Below, one piece after another: positions 41,904 through 56,523 of a stretch of 64,000 bases of DNA. Under the pieces are notes generated by a model. It was not told the origin of the DNA. It ran no database searches and saw only the letters and a program-made list of their open reading frames with translations. The stretch is from NCBI RefSeq assembly GCF_009914755.1, contig NC_060928.1; one strand, written 5' to 3'. Position 1 is the stretch's first letter. The number at the start of each line of letters is the position of its first letter. This DNA is from the human T2T-CHM13v2.0 reference genome, Homo sapiens. The position numbers and the translations under genes were made by a program.

Positions 41904-43649
41904 GTAATGAATGAGAAGTTGCATAAAACACCCTCCTTCACCCCCACCTTAAAACTGTTCCCCTTTCTTTGTTACTTTTTCTAATGGGAATTGCTCCTTA
42001 AACCCCTTCTGTACTTTCATTAATCGTAACTTACTGAGCCCTTACTAGGCTTCAGATGCTTCCCTAAACTCTGTAGCTGCATCCTTATTTCACTGCAATG
42101 ACAACTCTTTCAGCTGAATGTTATCCCATCTTATAGATGAGAAAATTGAGCCACAGTGTGATTAAATGAATTACTGAGAATGGACCGGGGTGGATGTGCA
42201 CTGCTAGTAGCTGCCAGAGCCAGACTCAAACATCTGATGTCCAGAAGTACTGGGCTATTGCAGCCAGCAGGCAATGGCTGGATGTGCAAGCGCATGGATG
42301 GACAGACAGAGAGATGGACAGAAGGGGAAATGGACAGATTAAGCAGAGGCAAAAACCAGGAGCCAGATGCATAGATGCCATCCTGCTCAGCATGAATATC
42401 CTGAACAAAGATACATAAAGGGCTTCTAAATTTTATTTTTCACAGATGAAGTGACAATAGCACTGTAAAGCCTACCTTTCCTAGCTCATCACTTTCCCAC
42501 CTGACACATAGCAGCTAAAAAGCAGATTTTTACAGCTCTTTACAGCAACACAATTGCCCACTAGTCCTTCAGTAATTTTCACTTTGTTTCCTCGCAAAAT
42601 AAGTTGGTCCGGGAAGCTTGCCAGATTCTGCAGTCCTTCAGGGTAAACCAAATTGAAATTCTAGACAGGCTGTGTTAACTCTAAAAGAGGAAGGGATTTG
42701 GAATCAATCTTTCAAGACAAGTTGCTGAGCATAAAAGTTGGGACAAAAGATAGGAAGGAAAAAATTCTATATAACTCCAATCATCACACCTGATTTACTG
42801 GAGTTCTGTAAAACAAAATCATAAAACATATTCAGATTATTGGATAATAATTCATTTCTGAATTTGCCATGCGGATAATATCTGGCAAATCAATTACCAA
42901 ATCTATGAACATTGCACAATAATAGATAAAGAACCTTTAGGGAAAGCTTCAACATCAGATAAGAAGCTTTAATTTGGAGCTAAAATGTAAGTTTTTAAAG
43001 ACATCCATAGGGTAACACCTGTGAATATAAGTTACAACTGAGTCATAATTATGAATATTCTTGAAATCCTATAATAACACCAGGATTATAGTTATATATT
43101 GCTTTTAGTTTACTGGGTCTGGAAGCAATAATGTAGTGGCTATACAAACAAACATTGGAGTCAGAAAGACTTTGGCTCAAATCTTAGCTCTTTCAGTTAC
43201 TAATCTAGTATCCTTGGCCACATATGCTCTTAGAGGCTCAGTTTCCTTATTTGTAAGTTGGTGGTAATAAGGGTGATTGTTAAGTTTAAGGGAAAGAGTA
43301 CATGCAAAACCTTCCACAGGATAACTGCCATGTGATAAAAACTCAGTAAATGTTATAACTTATTAAATTCTGATCTGCAAATATGAGTCACAGCTAAATT
43401 TGTGACTAGCAAAAGCCATATAATAAACTAGACATTGGTAATTCGTTTCATGAGGTAGTTCTAATATTAAAGACATATATGTGGATATGCATTCAGATTA
43501 AATTAAATGTTCAGAACTGCTACAGTTTTAACCATATATGAGGCTAACTATACCACCACATTCATAGATCCACTCATTCATCCATGCATCCAGGCATTAT
43601 TCATTCAATAATATTTCTGTGCACCTATTACTATCTAATATTATTCTTC

Positions 43650-43864
43650 CAGTGTTTCTCAACCTCTGCACTAATGAGAATTTGGGTAGAATAATTATTT
43701 ACCGTGGAGTGACTATTCTGTGCATTGCAGGATATTCAATAGCATTCCACTAGATGCTAGTGGCACTCCTCTCTAAATTGACAATCAAAATTTTTCTATA
43801 CGTAGCCAGCTATCCACTGGGTAGAAAGGTGGACAGTGCAAAATTGCACCTGGTTGAGAACGCT
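43650..43864. mobile_element. MER20 DNA transposon
   Basis: cagtgtttctcaacc...ccactagatgctagt...ggttgagaacgctg. Confidence 0.8.
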
Positions 43865-46307
43865 GTTCTAGACACTGGGAACGCAAGCATAAGACATTGT
43901 TCTTGCCTTGATAAGCAGACATTCATGTGGGGGAGGCCAATATATACAGACATAATTAAAATACATCATCATAATAACCACTTACTAAGAACTTACTATT
44001 TGTCAGGACCTTTACATTTCATATTTAACATCTACTATAACCCTATTAGCAATAATTATAATCAGCAATAAAATTAATGTTACAAATGAAAACAAATTGA
44101 GATTCAAAAACAATCAAAAACAAAATGACTTTCCTAACCTGAGATTATTTAAATACAATATACACACATAGGATACATAACAGCTCAGAAAGAAAAGGTA
44201 GGAATGACTATATGATCGATGAAGAGACGTGTACCTCACTTATAAACTAGAGGAACAGCCTGGGAGATTTGGGGATGTGTTTTTAATATGGCTGTAACTG
44301 GGCACAACCTGGCTGGGAGTGCCTGCTCCCTGTTTCCCCTTTAATGACACTACAAGTGCCTTCTCATTCACGTACTCTTGGTGAATACCCTCACCACATC
44401 CACCCCAACCAAGTCCAATCAAGCATAATTTTGGTCCAACTTCCCTATCCTAAATGAGAAATGCAGAGTTTATTACACAAAGTTATAAATTTTCTATTAA
44501 AGTATCTGTCTCCCTCACTGGTCTGTTGCAATTATTACTGTAGCATAATATTAACATTTAATTTAATCTGGGTACATATCCATATAAAAATCTTCAGATA
44601 ACACTAGAATAACCTCTTGAAAAAGATCATTCATTCCAGTTTATCATATGGATGTAGGTATTCATGAACTTAACTTTGGCCCATATTTGCAGATCCAAGG
44701 TCATAAGTAATGACAGCTAATTTGAGGTTCGGGCATTACATGAGTAATGCCCAGGTTTCACTTAGCCCCTAGTCCATGACTGGTATGTAGCAGATGGTCA
44801 ATTAATGTTAGATGGTTTACATGGACGCATGTATGTATGCATAGATCCACGGATAGATGGATGGAAGGATAGAATGAATGAATGGTTGGATGGAAGGAAG
44901 AAATGGCATGGAAGAAGAAATCTAGGTAGACCCATTTCATGGAGAACTATAAAGAAATCCTTTCTGATCTAGTTTCAATACCTAAACATAGACTAACTCT
45001 TACCCCCATAATCCTCCACTCTACCCAAGCATATGTCTGACTAAATAGGGAGAAGGACAATGACTCATCCCTTCTTTCCACTCTTAATGTGTGGAACCTA
45101 AGCATGTGAGCAAATTCTTCATACAAACAGGAAGAGTAACTATACATTATTACAGCTAGTCCATGATTATCTATCACCCAATTCAGCATCTCAAACAAAC
45201 ATTACTATAGAAAATCCAAACTTTCAGGCCGTGAAGGCCTTTTTGTGGACAGCATTGTAAAATTGCATCCCAGAATGTATGATTTGGTCTCAAGGAATTT
45301 TCAAGAGGGTGAGACCTCAAACAATCTAGTCCAACACTTTCGTTTCAAGGATTGGGAAACTAAAGCCAGAGAGATCAAGCCCTTTCTTAAAATTCACCTA
45401 ACTAATCCATGGCTGAACTGGGGTTTTATCCCAGGTCTGTTTGCTGCTTTGCCCAGTAAGTTTGGATTGGACTTAGATCCAATCTCCCCTTATTACAAAT
45501 GGAGCATTTAAAACCCAGAAAAGAAATGACTCGCCCAAAATTTAAATTTCAGTTTAGCTTAATAAAATTTCTCAAGAACAAATACATAGGTAAAGTAAAA
45601 CACACAATTCATCAGCAATATATTTGCTCTGACTACAAAAGTGCACTACAGGTTACTAATAATTTGGATACTTTTTGAGGAAATATCATCATACAAGCAC
45701 TATTTGTGAAATAGATTTGGCCATAAAATTGAATGATATCTTTCGATGGTATTAAATCATTGCTGTTATATATATAAAATCATTGCTTTTTTATATATAT
45801 AACAATGCCTTATATGTAAAATGTCATATATAAATCAATGTCTTATATATAATCTATTTTATATATAAAACGTGAATGTCATATACAAAATCAATGTCTT
45901 ATATAGATTTTATATGTATAAAATATTGTATATATGTGTTATATACATAAACTATTTAAATTTTAAACCATTTATATAAATTAAACTGATTTTGCTTATT
46001 TCCTTCAACCAGGATCACCATTTTTCTGTATTTAGCCTATAGTTGGTCTGCAGATATAAAGATTTAGACACACAGAAAATGTTCCTGTATGGTGATTTGG
46101 AATTTGTGAAAATTCTTTCACAGCAATTATGTCTTCTCTGTATATAAAGAGACTCAGAAAAATTAAGGGACTTACCTAAAATGATACAACCGTTTAGTGA
46201 CAGAGCCAAACACTATTTAAGATTCTTGACTCCAACCCCAAAGGTAAAAGGCATTTTAATGAACCGGAAACATCATTCGACTAAGAAGGCTTGGATTCTA
46301 GTCCTAG

Positions 46308-46673
<366 letters not shown>

Positions 46674-46773
46674 TAAGCTACTGCATGGTGGTGGCAGTCA
46701 TTGTTTTATGGTTATTGTAGCATGTTGAGCCCTCGCTATGTGCCAGATGCGCTTTCGAATTTATGCTCCTGCT

Positions 46774-47078
<305 letters not shown>

Positions 47079-47656
47079 TTATGTTCCTGCCAAATGCTCT
47101 GGCTCCAGAGTCAGGCAGGCAGGCATGAGGTCAGACCACAGCTCCATCATTCACTAGTTCTCTTCTCTTCAGTAAAGTAACTCCTCTATGGCTCAGCTTC
47201 CTCATTTGCAATGAAAGTAATAATAATTCTGAGTTCATAAAGTCACTGTGAAACTTAAATAAGATAATGCATGCAAATAAAGCATTTAACATTGTCCCTG
47301 GAACATAGTAAATCCTTCATAAATATAAGCAAATCTAATTTTGATTAATTCTCTTATTATTATCACAAATAGAAATAGAATGAAGCCTCTAGGGATTTGC
47401 CTGGTTCTGTCTGCCCCTCTGGGCCCACTCTGAGAAATAATATCATCATGCTCATTGAAGGGTTCCTGTAGTGCCCAGTACCTATATGTGAATAATATAG
47501 TGGCAAGTGATCCATCATCAAAATGATAGTTAATTATGTTAAATTTGTCAGGATTTAAATTATTTCTTACATATTCAGGAAAATTGACTTAAATTCTGAC
47601 GAAAATTTTCTATTTTTGTTGTTAGTGCACCAGTGATGTTTTAAAAGTTTATTATT

Positions 47657-48715
<1,059 letters not shown>

Positions 48716-50212
48716 TCAGGACCAAGATCCCTGTGGTAAACACTCTGATTGAATCTGGGGTTCCAGAAGGTGGAACAAGCAGGAATGGGATCCAAAGAGA
48801 CTCCCACTCAGATTCTAAAGCATTTAAAGACAATTCTAGCAGAATTTATCAAAACAAGATGAAACACAGAAAAGTTGAAACCACAACAAAATGAATTCTA
48901 TTAAAGAATAGCCCCAGATATAAATTCTCTTGAAAGCAATGTTCATAAATATTTAAGCAAATTAAAGACAATGTTAACAAATTTTCTATTAAATGCCCTG
49001 AGTGATAAAACCAGTTGGCAATAATATTGCCTTATTAAATCTTCAAAAAATATATTTTAGTCTGTTATTTAAGAAAAACATAACATCCCAAAATCTTTGA
49101 CAATTCTCGAAAGGCTATATAGTAAGTCAAAAACCAAAGGTAAGAGATGCTAACTATTTTTCAAGCAAGCTACAGAGAAATGATAAATGTTTTTTGTTTT
49201 ATTATTTATTCCTTCATGTTTGTATATATTCACTCAACAACCCTTTAATGAGCCTGTAAGGACCAGACACTGTGGCGCTGAATCAGATTTAATAATGAGT
49301 TAAGACAAAGCCCCTACCTATGGGCTAGTGTGTGGTGATCAAACTATCACAATTCAGTGTGATGAGCAGCATAGCAAACAGATGGATTTGAAGCTAAAAG
49401 CACACAGGGTCTGCTATTCCTGAGGCTGGGGGCCAGAGAAGCTTTTACGCATGGAAAAACACTAATCATGCCAAGGTGTATGTGTTTAAGGGGGTGTGAT
49501 GGATGCAAAGGGAATGAGGAATTCAGCACTGCATTCTCTTTGCACCCTCAATGCATGATTGGTATTCTCAACAGCAAAGGGGTGAAAAATCTAGAGACAG
49601 AGGAGGCCTGGCAGGGGTGATAAAAATGGAGATTGAAATGAAGAGAAATAGCCAGCAGGTGATTCTTCTGAATCCTTTAGTGTGATGGTTTCCCAAGACA
49701 AACATTTGTCCTAATAGCTTTCTCATAAATATGGGCACCACTTTACATTGTGGTAAGACATTGCTTCTCATGGATCTGCTAGGTATTTATTTCAAATAAA
49801 GCAAGGCATATGTTCACTGATTTACGAGTAAGCTGATGAGAGCAATGAACAGGAGAAGGAGGGAGAGAGCCAAATGTCTGAGTAAACAGATATCCCTTCC
49901 AAGTCTCACACCTCCCTTAGTCCCACTCTTGCTTGTGTCAGCACCTTGTTCTTCACTGAACTGCAATTCTTCAATTATTCTCTTCCATGATTTTGTCTGA
50001 TCTACCATTTCTATGGTTTATGGTAATAGTATTCCCTTTATCCCTCCCTTTTGGTAACTTCCAATCCTCCTTCTATGTATTCCTTTCTCTGCTCATTGAC
50101 TTATAAATAGTTTTCATACCTCTTATGTTTGAATCACCATGCTAGATTCTGTGAAGACAGAAGAGTATCAAGATTAATATATTAATAGTATAGCTCTGAC
50201 TGGTAAATTTCT

Positions 50213-50464
50213 TTTTTTTAATCTTCCCCAATTTAAATTTTTTAATTTAAAAGTAAATTTTACTGTCGAAAATGCAAACTTGGGGAGGGCGGAAACATCA
50301 CATACAAGGTTTCCACTTCACACTTGGAGGGTTGCATGGCGGCTGGGCAAAGGTGCTCCCCACTTCCCAGATGGTGCGGCGGCTGGCCAGAGGCACTCTT
50401 CACTTCCCAGACAGAGGGGCGGCCGGGCAGAGGTGCTCCTCACTTCCCAGAGGGTGCAGGAGCC
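50213..50464 (-). mobile_element. SVA2-type retroposon (VNTR + unique 3' segment + poly(A))
   Basis: Three ~40-bp SVA VNTR units (ggcggccgggcagaggtgctcctcacttcccag), no SINE-R or Alu-like domain, poly(T) 50212-50219, 21-bp TSD. Confidence 0.8.
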
Positions 50465-50935
50465 AGCTCTGACTAGTAAATTTCTAAGGATACCAGAAAG
50501 GAAATGGCATGCACACACACAAAAAATACCTAAATTTTGGATGAGAAAATGATAAAATATGCTAAGTTCTAGGCTGGAAATAAGGGCAAAATGCTGTGAA
50601 AGAAGAGGAAATGTTTACTTCCAAATTAGGATGTGACAGAGAAGGGATAGGGAAATCCTCTCTGCTCATTGGGCCTTACATGATGGGTGACACTTGGAGT
50701 GGCACAAGTTGGGGGAAAGCGCACTTGAGACAGAGGTAATGATGGGGACGAAGTGAGAACAGAGACCCAGAAGGAGAATCAATGGACCATATTTGTAAGA
50801 GCTTTGAAAGCCAGCCTGAGAATTGGAGGATTTATTCATAAGAAAGTGTAGAGACCCTGTGTATTTCAGAGCTGGATACTGCCATTACCACAGATGAAAG
50901 TTGCAATGATCTAGCAGTTGTGTGCAAAGGCAAGG

Positions 50936-50997
50936 CTTGCTTTTCCTGTCTTTCAACCCTATCTTGCTTTTCCTGTCTTTCAACCCTATCTTGCTTT
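50936..50997. repeat. Perfect 27-bp tandem duplication (2.3 copies)
   Basis: cttgcttttcctgtctttcaaccctat x2 plus cttgcttt. Confidence 0.95.
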
Positions 50998-52065
50998 CAT
51001 TGTCTTCATCTTCCTGCCATACTTTGTGCACTTATTGCTCTCCTTCTGAGTCAGGACATGTGTACAGGAGACCAAGAACAATGAGTATTAGAAAAAAAGG
51101 AGACAGCAAAGGTGGTTTGAGGTAGTCACCTGCTTACAGATAACAGCCAAAGATAGAATTCCAAGTTATAAAGCATAAAAAAGAGCCAACAGAAGTAACT
51201 AATCCGGGAAAAGTGAACATATGGGCCCTTTAAAGACTACAAGATTTGCTAGATAAACTGGAAATGGAGAAGTTATTGCAGACAGTCATGAACCACAAAT
51301 CACTGTGATTAAAATTTTCTTCTGATCGTAATCCACGAATGCATTCATTTTTTGGACATTGCTTACTTATCTTTTAAATGTTTCTTTTATTACAAAGCCT
51401 ATTTTGAGTAGCTTTTAAAACTGAATTTCCTTTAATTGGTTTGAAGCCTAGAGATGAATTTCGTTTTCAAATATCTGGTGGGATGGTAATGGGGATTAGA
51501 GAACTGACATGAGAAAAGAGGAGCTGTTTTGGTATTAAACGAATAAAATCTTAAGCAAATATAGGTGTCTTTTATTCTTAAAAAATAGCAGATACAGTTT
51601 ATCCACATTTGTAAATATTTGTATAAAGAAAGTAGCAAAACAGTTTTGGTTTAAAAAGTTCCAAGTCTCATTGCAATCATTCTTTGTAAAGGCTGACTTG
51701 TAATGAATATGTATTAAGCAATATTTATTGACTATATACCATCTTGTTCTAGAAGAGTTTAAAGCCACTTAAGAAGATAAATAAGATATAAAAAGAAAAC
51801 AGCAGTCAAAAGCAGATGAGAAGAAATGGGAAAAACAAAAAAAAAAGAAAATAATGAGGCTAATATAATGCTGTGTGTACATGAACATGAATGTGCCTGT
51901 GTTACACATTTTCAGGCCACAAATGTTTCTTTGTGCCCCTGCATGCACAAGGGTATTTCCAGGTCATTTATCATTGTGAACAGTGTTGCTTATGATAAAA
52001 AATAGATTCTATAAACTCTAAATATACTTTTTTTCTACCACTCTGTGTAAAAGATCATGAACGTA

Positions 52066-52071
52066 AATAAA
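52066..52071 (+). terminator. Distal polyadenylation signal AATAAA
   Basis: acgtaAATAAAttttag, immediately before an MST LTR. Confidence 0.55.
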
Positions 52072-52085
52072 TTTTAGATATGAGC

Positions 52086-52489
52086 TGGGTTAGTCCATTT
52101 GCATTGCTATAAAGGAATACCTGAGGGTGGGTAATTTATAAAGAAAAGAGGTTTATTTTGGCTCACAGTTCTGCAGGCCATACAAGCAGCATGGTGCCAG
52201 CATCTGCTTCTGGTGCAGCCTCAGGAAGCTTCCAATCATGGTGGAAGATGAAGAGGGCACCACCATCCTATCACATGGTGAGAGAGGGATCAAGAGAGTG
52301 GGGGGGAGGTGTCACACTCTTTTAAGCAACCTGATCTCACATGAACTCATTAGCATGAGGACAGCACCAAGCCATTCATGAGGGATCCACCCCCATGACC
52401 AAAATTCCTCCCACTAGGCCCACCTCCAACATTGGGAGTCATAGATCAACATGAAATTTGGAAGGGACAAAAACATCCAAACCACATCA
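52086..52489 (-). mobile_element. MST (A/B) solo LTR
   Basis: ttagtccatttgcattgctataaaggaatacctgag...catccaaaccacatca. Confidence 0.9.
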
Positions 52490-52929
52490 TTAGGTTTCTC
52501 TCTTTGTCTCTCTCTCTCTCTGTAGCTCCACTTTCAGTAAATAGCATCTCTACCCACCCTGTACCAAAGTCAAAACCGTAAGGTGCAAACTAAATGTCTT
52601 TCCTCCCTTCCCTACTGAATTTTGCCCAGCATAAAATTCTTATGGTTCCAGCCACTAAATGCACATATCTGATTCATTGCACCTTTCCATTCCCGGTGCA
52701 AAAGGTGTCATTCATACATTCATCATCACTTCCCTTAATCAGTGAAAAACGTTGTAACTGGCCCTTTGCCTCCAACCACAACCCTCCAATCCATCCTCCA
52801 CACTAGATTGAGTATATCCTTTTAAAATGAAAATGTGCATGCCATTTCCCGGCTTAAAAAACAGCAATGACCCTCCCAATCCCTCCGCTATAAAAGGTGT
52901 TTTGAACTTCTATAAGTTTTGCCATCAGG

Positions 52930-53428
52930 TGTGTATTTCATATTGTTTTCTGGTATCCATACCTAAATTCCTTCTGAAGGACTATCTTCCTTTACGTGCT
53001 AAGTCTATGAGCTTCTCAGTGGAACTGACACTTCCAGTATGTAAATCTCTAGCCTAACTCATCAGAGTATAGCATCCCACTCACCAAAATAATTGATTCA
53101 GGTGACTCTATGAGAGTCAATGAAACTTTGCTGGGACATCTATAGAAGAGAATCTCCTTCTTTTCTGTTGGACTTAAGCCTGTGAACCTCCACCAGCCAC
53201 ATTACCACCACAGAGCATAATACCATGCAAGAATAGACCCATGCACAGATGAAGCAGAGAGACAAAGAGAGAAAATGGGTCTTGGAGTCATCATTTGAAC
53301 CCCAATCTAGACATATCTATAGCCAGCTGTTCCCTTGGACTTTTCAATTATGGAAACTGTTAAATGCTGTTTTTACTTAAGCCCTTTGATTATTTGATCA
53401 CTTGGAAAAGATGTTATCCTACCTAATA
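52930..53428 (+). mobile_element. Old MLT1 LTR
   Basis: cccttggacttttcaattatgg...ttttacttaagcc...cctaatac 3' signature. Confidence 0.55.
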
Positions 53429-53777
53429 CTCATAAAAGCATCGTTTAGCATGGTGCATTGAGCCCTTGAGGATGTAGCTTCTGCAAACTTTTACAGTCAC
53501 ATCTTCAAAAGTCACCCACGTGTAACTATTATCCAAGAATATGCAGATAACTGCAATTCTAGGGTACTTTGCCCTAGGGTGCCTCACCTTTTCAGGTTCA
53601 GCTCAAAAGTTACTTTCTTTTCTCTAATCTTTCCCTTCCCCTGTGCCTAAGGAGAATTACAGATGACCACGTGTGTGTTCCTTGCCATCTGGGAACCAGT
53701 GCATAGTCATGGTAGCAATAGCAAACACTTACTGGGCACTTTTTGAGTGGTTTACATGTATCAGCTCACTTGGTCCT

Positions 53778-54136
53778 TGCTACGGTCTGCATGTTTGTGT
53801 AGCCTCAAAAGTCATATGTTGAAACCTAATCACCAGTGGGATGGTGTTAGAAAGTGGGGCCTTTGGGAAGTAATTAAGTCATGAAAGACCTACCCTCATA
53901 AATGGGACTTATGCCCTTATTTTTTATAAAAGGCCCCAAAGACCTCCTTTCAACACATGAAGACACAGTGAGAAGATGGCCATCTATGAATGGGGAAGCA
54001 GGCCCTCGCCAGGCATCAAATCTGCTGGCACCTTGATCTTACTTTCCAGCCTCCAAAACTGTAAAATAAATTTCTGTTGTTCATAATCTATGCAGTTTTT
54101 GGTATTTTATTATAGTAGCTCAAATGGATTAAGACA
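53778..54136 (+). mobile_element. MLT1A solo LTR inserted in a MIR
   Basis: TG...aagaCA termini; 5-bp TSD GTCCT at 53773-53777 and 54137-54141. Confidence 0.85.
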
Positions 54137-55460
54137 GTCCTCACAACAATTATTCACCTCATTTTACAGATGGATAAACTGAGAGGCAGAGAGGTTATGA
54201 AATATGTGAAGCAAATAGTAAGTGGCACAGTAGCCCTAGGCAGTGAAGCGCCAAAGCCCACTCTCTTAACCACCGTGCTGGCACATTGCTCATATATTTT
54301 TTACATTTGTCTATCTGATGGAGAGTTTGTTTGCCCTATTGATTTTTATATCCCAGGACTCTACATGATGACTGCTATAGTATGTGCTCAATAAAATTAT
54401 GATGAATTAATTAGTGACAAGTTCTTTTCAGTCACAATCTACACATGTGGTCAGAGTCAAATGGGGGAGGTGTCACAACAGGAAAATCCTATTATCATCT
54501 TGTACATTAATCAATATTATTTAGATTATAACTGCCAGACTCCAATTCAACATGGTTCAAGTAAAAGGAAACTCACTGAAATAACAAAAATCCCAGAGCC
54601 AGACCTGGGTACCCAAACAATGTCACCAGGGTCTTATCTCTCTCCCTCCTACAGAGCAGCTCCCCACATTGCTGGCTTCACTTTCAGGAAGGGTATTGCC
54701 TTTATTTATTGCAAAGATGGCCACCAGCAACTCAGGTTTGCATTTTGCAGTCCGAGCAGGGGGAAGAAAATTATCTTTCTCAATAATTCCCATGAAATAC
54801 CTGGAAATTACAGCCTTTTGATTCTGAATGGTTCTACTTGAATCATGAGCCTATCCCTCAACCAACAATTGGCCAAGGAAATGTGATGTTGCCATTGACC
54901 AGGCTTACATCACAACCCAGCACTAGAGCTCAAAGAAAAATCCATCTCATCTAAATCACATGGACAGAGGTGGTAGGAGGAGGAAGAAATTATTTCCCAA
55001 AGGAAAATGAAGATTTCAGGTCAAGAAAAAGAGAGATTAATTAATTGGCAGACAAAATTAACTAGAGATTTCCTAAGCTGTTTTCATATAAAATCAAAAC
55101 CACATTTATTTTGTCTGCATGATGCAAAATAAACGTGTTGCTAGAATGATTTTTTCCTGAAATAATCTAATTTTTGATAATATTTGGTCAGAATTGGCTA
55201 AATATTTCATACTGTAAAAGCCTGGCATCTGTGATGATCTCATCCTACAGGCTGTCATAATGCTGATCTCCAATGGCCACTTTTAATGAAAGAATAAATT
55301 ATTTCCAACTGAAATACTTCTTCTTCCCCTCAAACTCTCTGATTTTTGACATCAATACCCTAGAATAGGCAATAACATATGCAACTATTTTAGATAATGA
55401 TAAAAAGAAGAGGAAGAGCATCCTTGGAGATAAGTCTCTATGGTATCAAAAAGAGCCAGT

Positions 55461-56115
55461 TTGAGGTTGCATAGAAAAGAGAACACTTACACACTGTTGA
55501 TGGGAGTGTAAATTAGTTCAACCACTATGGAAAGCAGTACAGCAATTCCCCAAAGAGCTAAAAATAAAACTACCATTCAACCCAGCAATCCCATTACTGG
55601 GTATATACCCAGGGGAATATAAATTATTCTACCATAAAGACACATGCATGCAAATGTTCATTGCAGCACTATTCACAACAGCAAAGAAATGGAATCAATC
55701 TAAATGCCCATCAATGACAGAATCCATGGTACATATACACTGTGGAATACTATGCAGTTATAAAAAAGAATAAGATCATGTATTTTGCAGGAACATGGAT
55801 GGAGCCAGAAGCTATTATCCTCAGCAAACTAACATGGAACAGAAAACCAAATACCACACATTCTCACTTATAAGTGGGAGCTAAATGATGAGAACTCATG
55901 AACACAAAAAAGGGAAGAACAGACACTGGGGTCTACTTGAGGGTGGAAGGTGAGAGGAGGGAGAGGATCAGAAAAGATAATTATTGGGTACTGGGCTTAA
56001 TACATAGGTGATGAAATAATCTGTACAACAGACCCCCGTGACACGAGGTTACCTATGTAACAAACCTTTACATGTATCCCCCAACCTAAAATAAAAGCAT
56101 TTAAAAAAAAAAAAA
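55461..56115 (+). mobile_element. 5'-truncated L1 (L1PB/old L1PA) 3' end with poly(A)
   Basis: ctaccattcaacccagcaatcccattactgggtatatacc...ctcacttataagtgggagctaaatgatgagaac; TSD-like aaaaagagccagt / aaaaggagcccgt. Confidence 0.9.
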
Positions 56116-56464
56116 AAAGGAGCCCGTAAATCCAATTCATTCCTCAGCCAACACATAATGACAGCCCTGAAAGGAGAGATTAAAAAGCTACTCTCAGTTG
56201 TTAACTACATTGCTGACCTCATGTTTTCCTTCTTGTTTCCTTGAGAGATCACCAGTCAGTGTCTCATGATACCAGCAGTTACCATTTACTGTGTGCCTAG
56301 TAAATGGCACCATACTGGATCCTTTCAGCATGGTACTTTATTTTATCCTCAGGAAAAGCCCCTGTCAGTGGCACATTCTTCTAACCTCTAGAGAGAATTC
56401 AGTACCACTCTCACCTTCTTCCTCTCTTAAAAAAAAACAAAAAAAAAAAAAACACCCACACACA

Positions 56465-56523
56465 GAAAAGAAAAGAAAAGAAAAGAAAAGAAAAGAAAAG
56501 AAAAGAAAAGAAAAGAAAGAAAA
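56465..56523. repeat. (AAAAG)n pentanucleotide STR
   Basis: Directly visible. Confidence 0.97.

Larger units (their letters stand above)
48716..52085 (+). other. C1QTNF7: C1QTNF7 3' UTR, long form
   Basis: Follows the stop codon. ATTAAA cluster at 48900-49039 (proximal) and AATAAA at 52066-52071 (distal). The distal end is inferred and partly recalled. Confidence 0.6.

Noticed and set aside
41633-41947. Three minus-strand ORFs over exon 2
   Set aside because: Shadows of the GC-rich collagen coding exon.
44731-44752. 9-bp hairpin GGGCATTAC-atga-GTAATGCCC
   Set aside because: Short enough to arise by chance in 64 kb; no supporting context.
45755-45980. AT-rich quasi-palindromic stretch
   Set aside because: Low-complexity (TA)-derived sequence; self-complementarity is expected.
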